DNA from: Archangiaceae bacterium
Lineage (GTDB): Bacteria > Myxococcota > Myxococcia > Myxococcales > Myxococcaceae
Direction of reading: 5' to 3'
DNA length: 25,127 bases
Assembly (NCBI GenBank): GCA_043750125.1
Contig: JAYVCD010000215.1
Coordinates: forward strand, 1 to 25,127
The notes beneath the pieces were generated by a model. It searched no databases. It saw nothing but the letters and a program-made list of their open reading frames with translations, and was not told where the DNA came from. Positions 17,725 to 24,555 of this stretch are shown here, in pieces (position 1 is the stretch's first letter; every line of letters begins with the position of its first letter). The position numbers and the translations under genes were made by a program.

Positions 17725-19036
17725 CCAGACCCCGCTCGAGCAGGTTCAGCTGCCCCCTCGACGAATGCGCGAGCCGTCCGGCGGCTTGTCCGTCGCTCGA
17801 GGGGACGATCTCGTCTGGCGGGAGGGCGGCGGCGAGGCGCTCGGCGTTTCGGTACGCGCGGGCTGCGTCATGCTTCCTGCCCAGTCGATGCAGCGTGAGC
17901 CCGAGGGTGAAGTGCGCCATCGCCAACGACGGGTCGAGGTAGAGAACGCGCTTGAGCTCGTCGGCGGCGCTCTGCAACTCTCCTGCTGCGAGCAGCAGGC
18001 TGGCGGCCAGAAAGCGCAGCTCGACCGACTCAGGATGGCGATGCAGCGCAAGTGACACCCGTTCCTGCGCCTGGGCATGGAGTCCCTGGTTGGACAGCGC
18101 GGCGGCCTCGAGCACCACGGTCGCGGGCGTGGGGTCCGCTGGCTTCGGCGCGACGGCGGGGACAATCGGCTGCGCGATTGCGGGCCGCGGCGGCAGCGCG
18201 AGCTGCGCGACCGGACGAGGCGCGGGCGCACGGGCCGCAGGAGCGCCGCGCAGATACGCAGAACCCATTCCCGTATCGAATCTCGTGAACCCAACGTGGG
18301 CCGGCGGCAGAGGATCCGAGGGCCCGCACAGGAGCCACCCGCCCATGGCCAGCGCGCCGAACAGATTCTGGTAGACCCGCGCGACGGTGATTGGATCCAG
18401 GTAGATGAGGACGTTGCGGCAGAAGATCAGGTCCAGACCGCTGGTGCCGGTCGCCACCCGCGGGTACTTGTCCGAGGCGAGGTTCAGGTACTCGAAGCGG
18501 ACGTTGGGCCGCAGCGCCTCGTCCACGTGGTGCAGGCCGTTCTCGAAGTGCAGCCAGCTCGACGCAACCGGATTCGGGCATCGATCCACCGACCAGGCCG
18601 GATAGGCACCAGCGACCGCGCGGGACAGGGATTTCACCGACAGGTCGGTGCCGAGGACGTCGAACGCGAGCAGACCCAGGGTGCGGCACAGCATCGCCAA
18701 CGACCAGGCTTCTTCGCCGGTCGAACATCCTGCGCTCCAGATTCGGAAGGTGTCGCTGCGACGGCGGGCGGGCACGACGGCATTCGCCACGAAGTCGAAG
18801 TGCGGCTGGTCCCGGAAAAAATAGGTCTCGCCAATGGTGAGCTCGGCGATGAATTCGTCATCGAGCCTTGGATCCGCGGACAGCATCTGGGCAAGGGTCA
18901 TCAGCGAGTCGACGCCCAGTCGCGCTGAGGCCCGCTGGGCAGCGCCGGCAAGATCCGGCCCAATGACCGGATCCAACTTCAGCCCTGTCTTCTGGCGAAG
19001 CGCGGCCGCGACCTGTTCCAGCCCGGGGGACATCAT
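17717..19036 (-). CDS. cheR: CheR methyltransferase with C-terminal TPR domain (WspC/FrzF-like)
   Basis: LTIGETYFFRD, IWSAGCSTGEEAWSLA, GTDLS and DLIFCRNVLIY, then a Pro-rich linker and TPR (LKRVLYLDPSLAMAHFTLG). Confidence 0.95.
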   Translation of the reverse strand: MMSPGLEQVAAALRQKTGLKLDPVIGPDLAGAAQRASARLGVDSLMTLAQMLSADPRLDDEFIAELTIGETYFFRDQPHFDFVANAVVPARRRSDTFRIWSAGCSTGEEAWSLAMLCRTLGLLAFDVLGTDLSVKSLSRAVAGAYPAWSVDRCPNPVASSWLHFENGLHHVDEALRPNVRFEYLNLASDKYPRVATGTSGLDLIFCRNVLIYLDPITVARVYQNLFGALAMGGWLLCGPSDPLPPAHVGFTRFDTGMGSAYLRGAPAARAPAPRPVAQLALPPRPAIAQPIVPAVAPKPADPTPATVVLEAAALSNQGLHAQAQERVSLALHRHPESVELRFLAASLLLAAGELQSAADELKRVLYLDPSLAMAHFTLGLTLHRLGRKHDAARAYRNAERLAAALPPDEIVPSSDGQAAGRLAHSSRGQLNLLERGLDD

Positions 19037-19473
19037 CCGAGCGCCACGTCGAGCTGCGCTTCTTCGGCTTGCGAGAGGAAGGCCCCCAGCTCGTGGATCA
19101 AGACCAGGCCGCTGGGCAGGGACGCGACGCCGGCGACGCTGTGAAGGTCTCGCGGCAGGTGGCGGCCATCGTCGAGTTGGCCTTCGGGGATGTCGGTGAT
19201 TCCGGAAACCCGGTCGACCCCCAGCGCGACCAGCCGCTTTCGGACTTTGGCGATGATCAACTGATCGCTGGGGATCGCTTCGCGGCTGGGCTTGCCGAAC
19301 CGGCTGCGAACATCGAAGACCGGGACGACTTCGCCGTGAAGCTGGATCACGCCGAGGACCACCGGCGGAGCGCCGGGAAGGGGAATCGGGTGGACGGCGC
19401 GCGCAACCTCACGGACGCAGGACAGCCATAGGCCATACCTGCTGTCGGCGAGCTCGAAGAGAAGAACATCCAT
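19033..19473 (-). CDS. cheW: CheW coupling protein
   Basis: LLFELADSRYGL…VREV…PLPGAPPVVLGVIQLHGEVVPVFDVRSRFG…VDRVSGI. ATGA overlap with cheR. Confidence 0.93.
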   Translation of the reverse strand: MDVLLFELADSRYGLWLSCVREVARAVHPIPLPGAPPVVLGVIQLHGEVVPVFDVRSRFGKPSREAIPSDQLIIAKVRKRLVALGVDRVSGITDIPEGQLDDGRHLPRDLHSVAGVASLPSGLVLIHELGAFLSQAEEAQLDVALG

Positions 19474-19623
19474 GGGCGCCTCGGAGCCGAGTGCACCCCT
19501 TGGGCCGTCCTGGAGCCGGGTTCTGCGACCCTGTGTCCCGCGCGACTGTGGCGCCCGCGCACGGTGAGGCGTGATTGCGCGCTATCGGTAACTGCCGAGG
19601 CCGGACAAACAGTTGCTCATCAA

Positions 19624-19784
19624 TGTTTACCGGTCTTCGAAAAACTCCGAGTTCCGCTGACCTCGATCGAGGTCAGCGGTCGGTGGCAAGTCTGCGGCAT
19701 CAGAAAGGTAGCCCCTTTCCCTACCTTGGGAACTGCAGTGGTCACTTCCGAGCAGGGGTGCTCCTGTTTTCGGGTCGGTAAACG
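19624..19784 (+). ncRNA. Candidate structured RNA or MITE/REP-like element (unassigned)
   Basis: A 17-bp closing stem (19625-19643 with 19767-19783, two G·U pairs, 2-nt bulge) encloses several compatible hairpins, including a perfect 26-bp palindrome. Confidence 0.35.
19654..19679. repeat. Perfect 26-bp palindrome
   Basis: CCGCTGACCTCGATCGAGGTCAGCGG equals its own reverse complement. Confidence 0.95.
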
Positions 19785-19837
19785 CGGGTGACGAAGCAGG
19801 CCCGAACCGTCCTCCCGCGGCGACCGACAAGTGGTGC

Positions 19838-21322
19838 ATGACCGCTCGCCCGTTTGTTTCCTCCCTCGTTTGTTTCCTCGCCGTTTCCTGTTCCACCGCT
19901 ACTTCGGACCCTTCGGCCCCTGAGAAGCTCGGGGAAGTGGAGCTGAGCGGGGACGACACCGTGGTCGCCAGCTCGGAGCTCGGGTCCTGCTACTGCGCTC
20001 AGCCGTATACCTGCGGGCATTCGAGCTCTCCTTCCCGCATGTACTCGGGCGCGCACGACGCGATGCTTCGGGCAGGCGTCGGCGACGGCTCGCTGATTCA
20101 GACCTTCGGCGACGCAGCGGCTTCCGTCGGCACCCACTGCCCTGAGCCGGACTCGTCCTACTCTGCTGCGACCGACATCGACCCCGGCTCGAGCGCCTGC
20201 TCGCGGGTGCATGAGCTGCGGATGCAAGGGTTCGCGGCCTACTACCGGACCCCTCCGTCGTTCGGCTACCACATCCACATGGTCTACGCGGGCACGCCGT
20301 CGCTCAAGAGCCAGCTGAATTCGTTCGCGGATGGCCGCAATGGCCTTGCGAACAACGACATCGAAACCCACTGCCCGATTACCCAGGCAGAAAGGAACGC
20401 GGTCAACGCCGTGCGCAATGGGGGCGGCACGGTCGCTGGAAATTCTCACGCGATCCAGATGGCTTTCCAGGCCAACACCGGTGCGCTTTGGACGACCGGG
20501 AGCGAGGGCATGAAGGACTGGGGCCTGGGAATGGCCGGGCAAACGAGCCCCTCCATCACCTCGCTCGCGGGAGGCGGCTTTCAGGTCGCGTTCCAGGCCA
20601 ATACGTCGTCGCTCATCACCGTTGGGGAGGCCGGCGCTCAGGATTGGCACCTGGGGATGATGGCGGGGACGAGCCCCAGCATCGCGGGGTTGGAGAACGG
20701 GAGCTTCGTGGTGGCCTTCCAGTCGAACAACGGAAGTCTCTGGACGGTGGGCCCAGAGGGCGGGAAGGACTGGCACCTGGGGATGTGGGCCGGGACGAGC
20801 CCGAGCATCACCGCGCTCAAGGGCGGCGGCTATGAAGTCGCATTCCAGGCCAACACGACTTCGCTGTGGACCGTGGGAACTGCGGAGTCGAAAGATTGGG
20901 GCCTGGGGATGATGCCGGGAACGAGCCCGGCGATCGCAGGCCTGGTCACGGGCGGCTACGAAGTCGCGTTCCAGGCCAACACGACCGCGCTCTGGACCGT
21001 GGGAACTGCGGAGTCGAAAGATTGGGGCCTGGGCATGTCGAACACCACCAGCCCGGCGATTGTCGGCCTCGAGGCGGGCGGCTACCAGGTTGCCTTTCAG
21101 GCCAATACATCCTCCCTCATCACGGTGGGGAGCGCGGGCGCAAAGGATTGGGCGCTCGGCATGATGTCCGGGACCAGCCCGACCCTCCAACGCTTGAATG
21201 GCTCGAACTTCAAAGTCGGATTCCAGGCCAATACGAGTGAGCTCTGGCAGGCCTCGACCTCCGGTGCCTCGGGGCCCCTCGGACTCGGAATGGCCCCGGG
21301 CACCAGCCCCTCGGGGACATGA
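19838..21322 (+). CDS. Predicted lipoprotein: putative LAS/M15-like Zn peptidase domain plus seven 42-aa 'AFQANT' repeats (probable beta-propeller)
   Basis: Lipobox LAVS-C18. Motifs ASVGTH(100), AATD(113), LRMQGFAAYYR, H145-I-H147 and DGRNGLANN, followed by 7 repeats of AFQANTxxLWTVGxxGxKDWxLGMxxGTSPSI. Confidence 0.85.
   Translation: MTARPFVSSLVCFLAVSCSTATSDPSAPEKLGEVELSGDDTVVASSELGSCYCAQPYTCGHSSSPSRMYSGAHDAMLRAGVGDGSLIQTFGDAAASVGTHCPEPDSSYSAATDIDPGSSACSRVHELRMQGFAAYYRTPPSFGYHIHMVYAGTPSLKSQLNSFADGRNGLANNDIETHCPITQAERNAVNAVRNGGGTVAGNSHAIQMAFQANTGALWTTGSEGMKDWGLGMAGQTSPSITSLAGGGFQVAFQANTSSLITVGEAGAQDWHLGMMAGTSPSIAGLENGSFVVAFQSNNGSLWTVGPEGGKDWHLGMWAGTSPSITALKGGGYEVAFQANTTSLWTVGTAESKDWGLGMMPGTSPAIAGLVTGGYEVAFQANTTALWTVGTAESKDWGLGMSNTTSPAIVGLEAGGYQVAFQANTSSLITVGSAGAKDWALGMMSGTSPTLQRLNGSNFKVGFQANTSELWQASTSGASGPLGLGMAPGTSPSGT
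20462..21319 (+). repeat. Seven intragenic tandem repeats, period exactly 126 bp
   Basis: The Phe codon of (A/G)FQ falls at 20465, 20591, 20717, 20843, 20969, 21095 and 21221. Confidence 0.95.
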
Positions 21323-21500
21323 AAATCAGCGTCAGCGGCACCTGCACCGCGTCGAAGTGCGCAGCGACTTGCGTCATGCCCCGAAGGGCCTTCAGGCGCG
21401 TGTAGGCCGCGCGCGGGCCCCGGTTCGGCACTGTCCGCCGATTCTGGTCCAGCTTCCTGGACTCCACTTCGCCATCAATGCCGCCTTCCGCAACCACGGC

Positions 21501-22748
21501 TCATTGCGGCTTGAGGCGCGCCAGCCCAAACACCGCCGGCCCCGAGGCGGTCGGGTACGCCCGGCCCGCAATCACGTAACCGCTCGGGGTGGTGACGAGC
21601 GTGGTCGCGCCGCCATTGGTCGCTGCGACGCCCACGTCGAACACCGACGTGCCCGCCGAGCCGAAGGTCGAGTCCAGCACTCCAGCGGGGGTGAAGCGCG
21701 CCACCTGCCACGAGTCGAGGACGACCTTCTCCTGGTAGGCGCCGGCGGCGACGATCTTCCCGTCGGCGAGGACGGACACTCCGTAGAACAGGTTGTTTCC
21801 CACTTTGGAGCGGCCCTCCGCCCGCCCGTCCGTCCCGAACGTCGAGTCCAGGACACCCGTTTGAGTCAGCCTCCACACGACGGGCCGCGTAGGCCCTTCG
21901 ATCGACGTGTCGGGGTAGTCAGAGCCGGCGAGCACAATCTTGCCGTCCTCCTGAAGCGTGGCGGCGTTCACCATGTTTCCTCCTTTCGTGGGCGGCGGCA
22001 CTTTCACCACTCCGTGGGTGCCGAACGAGGCCTCGAGCGCTCCCAGCGCGGAAAGCTGCGCCACAAACGGAATGCCCGGCAGCCCCGCCGCGGTGTCGTA
22101 GCCGACGATCGTGATCCCCCCGTCCGGGCGAACGAGCAACTGTCTCATGAACGTGTCCCGCGCGAAGAGCTCGACGCTCACCGTCCCGCCGTTGCCGAAG
22201 AGGGTGTCCCTCGTTCCGTCGACGTTGATGCGGGTGATCTCCGTGCGCGCGCCGAGCAGCAGCTTCCCGTCGGGCTGCAGCGCCATCGCCTGAACCAGGG
22301 GCCCGAAGGGAACGACGGCCTGATCGACGGCCGCCGCGAACGCGGAATCCAAAACGCCGGCAGCCGAAAACTGACGGACGAGCTCGGTGCTGCCCTTCAC
22401 GCCCCACACGATGACCCGGCCGTCGGGACGCGCGACCAGCGCTCGCACATCGCTGAAGTCCCCGTCACCGGCAAAGACCGAGACCGTGCCGCCGTCTCCA
22501 TAGGACGAATCGAGCGCCCCGTTCGACGTGTAGCCAACCAGGCCCCACCCGCGACACGCCTTTCCCGCCGCGATGAAACCTCCGTCGACGGCGACGAGCG
22601 CGTTGGGGAACGCGAAGTCCGAGGCGCAGCTGAACGCCGTCAGCGTCGTGCCTTCCTTTCCGAAGGAAGGGTCGAGCAACTTCGCCGCGCCAGCTCCGCC
22701 CGGGCCACACCCGGCGATCCACATCGCAATCCATATTGTCCGGATCAT
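21501..22748 (-). CDS. Delta-60 repeat (TIGR02608-like) beta-propeller lipoprotein, 415 aa
   Basis: Lipobox WIAG-C14. Recurrent LDxSFGxxG and (A)LQPDGKI/LxxxG motifs, about 7 units. Confidence 0.9.
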   Translation of the reverse strand: MIRTIWIAMWIAGCGPGGAGAAKLLDPSFGKEGTTLTAFSCASDFAFPNALVAVDGGFIAAGKACRGWGLVGYTSNGALDSSYGDGGTVSVFAGDGDFSDVRALVARPDGRVIVWGVKGSTELVRQFSAAGVLDSAFAAAVDQAVVPFGPLVQAMALQPDGKLLLGARTEITRINVDGTRDTLFGNGGTVSVELFARDTFMRQLLVRPDGGITIVGYDTAAGLPGIPFVAQLSALGALEASFGTHGVVKVPPPTKGGNMVNAATLQEDGKIVLAGSDYPDTSIEGPTRPVVWRLTQTGVLDSTFGTDGRAEGRSKVGNNLFYGVSVLADGKIVAAGAYQEKVVLDSWQVARFTPAGVLDSTFGSAGTSVFDVGVAATNGGATTLVTTPSGYVIAGRAYPTASGPAVFGLARLKPQ

Positions 22749-22779
22749 TTGAGTTTTCCCCTCGAGGCTCGGCGCTCTA

Positions 22780-22795
22780 AGCAGCCCGCGCGCCA
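22780..22795 (-). promoter_or_regulatory. Probable sigma54 promoter for the delta-60 repeat gene
   Basis: Minus strand reads TGGCGCG-CGGG-CTGCT (GG-N10-GC), about 30 bp upstream of ATG 22748. Confidence 0.55.
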
Positions 22796-22957
22796 CCTTG
22801 AAGCCCGCAACAACACACGAAGGGTGCGCAAAGTCTCGCGCAAGCGCAGCGCTGCGCAGGTTGACGCAGTTTCGCCCGTGCGTTTACGCCGCAAACTCGA
22901 GTTGCCGCTGGAGCTGCTGGCTGGCGGGCTCCCAATCTTGGTGCGATGGTCAACCCT

Positions 22958-24454
22958 ATGAAGTCGCACTGGGGCTTGCTGCTGTGCACGGCGATTGCGG
23001 TCACCTCGTGCAGCGGATCAGTCGGAGGGACTTCTGGTGCAGGCGGCGGCTCGGCAGGCGGCGGCGCTGGGTCAGCAGGGGCGCCGAACTTCAGCAACAT
23101 CACCGCATCGTCAATCACAGCCACCAGCGCAATCGTTTCCTGGAACCTCGACCAATTTGCCACTGGGCAGGTCGAATACGGGTCGACCATCGCTTACGGC
23201 AGCTCCACGACGGCGGAGACCAGTTTCATCTTCAACCACCACGCACAACTGGTGAGCGGCCTGGTCGCAGGCACGACCTATCACTACCGCGTCAGCTCTT
23301 CGAATGCTGCGGCGCGCGAAGCCGTGTCCTCGGATTACAGTTTCGACACGTTGGGCGGTGGCGGAGCGGGCGGTGGTGGCGGAGCGGGCGGTGGTGGCGG
23401 AGCGGGCGGCGGTGGCGGAGCGGGCGGCGGTGGCGGAGCGGGGTCTGCAAATCTGGTCTACGGGGTGGGTGTGGGCGGTGACACCCGCAACAACCACCGG
23501 CTCAACCAGACCTGCGCATACCGTTTCCGGGCGACCTCGTCGTCCAATCCAAAGTCGATCAAAGTGTCCGAGCGCACCGGCACCGGTTACTCGCTCGGCA
23601 CCGGCGGCACAATCAAGGCGACCGTGCAGACCGACAGCGGCGGCCAGCCATCGGGCGTCATTCTCACCTCGGTTCAGTGGAACCCCGGCAACCCCGGCAC
23701 CAACGAGCGGTGGACGCAGCACCTCTTCGGCGCGGGGCAACCGATGGTCGCGGGCCGCGTGTATCACTTGGTCTTCGAGAACGTCGACGCCAGCCCAGCC
23801 TCGAACTACATCTCGCTAAACAATCTCTTCACATTCTTAGGAGTCGCCGAGCGCCCCTTCTTCGGGGCTGACTTTGTCACCCTGTACCCATCGCCGTCGG
23901 TCGCGCCGAATGACATTCCAATTTTCGATCTCGAGTACGTCGACAACACCCACGATGGCATGAACTACATCGGGTGCATGATCGACCTTCAGACCGTTGG
24001 GGTCATCGGCGGAGCGCAACAGGTGCGAGAGACGATGAAAATTTCGGGCGGCGACCGCTCGGTGAAATCGGTCGCAGTTCGGGTTCGGCGCTCGAGCGGC
24101 TCGAACTCGCTGGTGATCAGGCTCGAGAAGTCTGATGGCACGGTGGTCGAGGAAGCGAGCGTGCCTGCAAGCTCAATCGCGCAGTCGGCTGCGGGAGCCG
24201 ACAACGGTGGAGCCGTATGGGCAAAGGCCGACTTCGTGTCGCCGCACATCCTGGCGAATGGCCAAACCTACAACCTGGTCCTCAAGACTGCGTCGGGGAC
24301 CGAGTACACTGCTGCTCCGTTGCAGGAGGGCACGTCCAAGGGCATGGCCTCCTATTGCTTTACTGACGGCACCGCACAGCGTTCGAGCGACGGGGTGAAC
24401 TGGAGCGGTCTGTACGGCACCGAGGCTGATCTGCAGTTCTACTTCGGCAGCTGA
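22958..24454 (+). CDS. Predicted lipoprotein with fibronectin type III-like domain, Gly-rich linker and two beta-sandwich-like domains (ATG 22946 is an alternative start)
   Basis: Lipobox AVTS-C. FN3-like SITATSAIVSW…GQVEYG…LVSGLVAGTTYHYRVSS. (GGGGGA)n linker. Two mutually similar segments ending W…F…AGRVYHLVF and W…F…NGQTYNLVL. Confidence 0.88.
   Translation: MKSHWGLLLCTAIAVTSCSGSVGGTSGAGGGSAGGGAGSAGAPNFSNITASSITATSAIVSWNLDQFATGQVEYGSTIAYGSSTTAETSFIFNHHAQLVSGLVAGTTYHYRVSSSNAAAREAVSSDYSFDTLGGGGAGGGGGAGGGGGAGGGGGAGGGGGAGSANLVYGVGVGGDTRNNHRLNQTCAYRFRATSSSNPKSIKVSERTGTGYSLGTGGTIKATVQTDSGGQPSGVILTSVQWNPGNPGTNERWTQHLFGAGQPMVAGRVYHLVFENVDASPASNYISLNNLFTFLGVAERPFFGADFVTLYPSPSVAPNDIPIFDLEYVDNTHDGMNYIGCMIDLQTVGVIGGAQQVRETMKISGGDRSVKSVAVRVRRSSGSNSLVIRLEKSDGTVVEEASVPASSIAQSAAGADNGGAVWAKADFVSPHILANGQTYNLVLKTASGTEYTAAPLQEGTSKGMASYCFTDGTAQRSSDGVNWSGLYGTEADLQFYFGS
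23354..23443 (+). repeat. 18-bp tandem repeat (~5 copies) encoding a Gly5-Ala linker
   Basis: GGCGG(T/C)GGTGGCGGAGCG units at 23369, 23387, 23405 and 23423, plus a partial unit at 23354. Confidence 0.9.
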
Positions 24455-24555
24455 GTCGATGAGCCTCGGGGCAGCCGAGAACCTTTCGATTTCATCAAGT
24501 GATCCGCTTGGGCTGGCTGTTCGCGGCGGTCGTCAAGCTGCTACCTTCGAGCGGG

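Noticed and set aside
19684-19699. Possible sigma54 promoter TGGCAAG-TCTG-CGGCA
   Set aside because: GG-N10-GC spacing is right but the -12 element is poor; a chance match is likely.
19474-19837. Functional retron, integron attC, or c-di-GMP/cobalamin riboswitch
   Set aside because: No reverse transcriptase or integrase is present, the GTT/AAC ends are in the wrong order for attC, and conserved riboswitch motifs were not found.
20462-21319. 126-bp periodic array as a CRISPR or other non-coding repeat
   Set aside because: Units are in-frame protein repeats varying largely at synonymous sites. There are no unique spacers and no cas genes.
22844-22857. 14-bp palindrome GCGCAGCGCTGCGC in a divergent promoter region
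   Set aside because: Low-complexity GC palindrome, plausible by chance at this GC content.
21198-22961. 587-aa + strand ORF
   Set aside because: Antisense shadow of the delta-60 gene; Arg-rich with no motifs.
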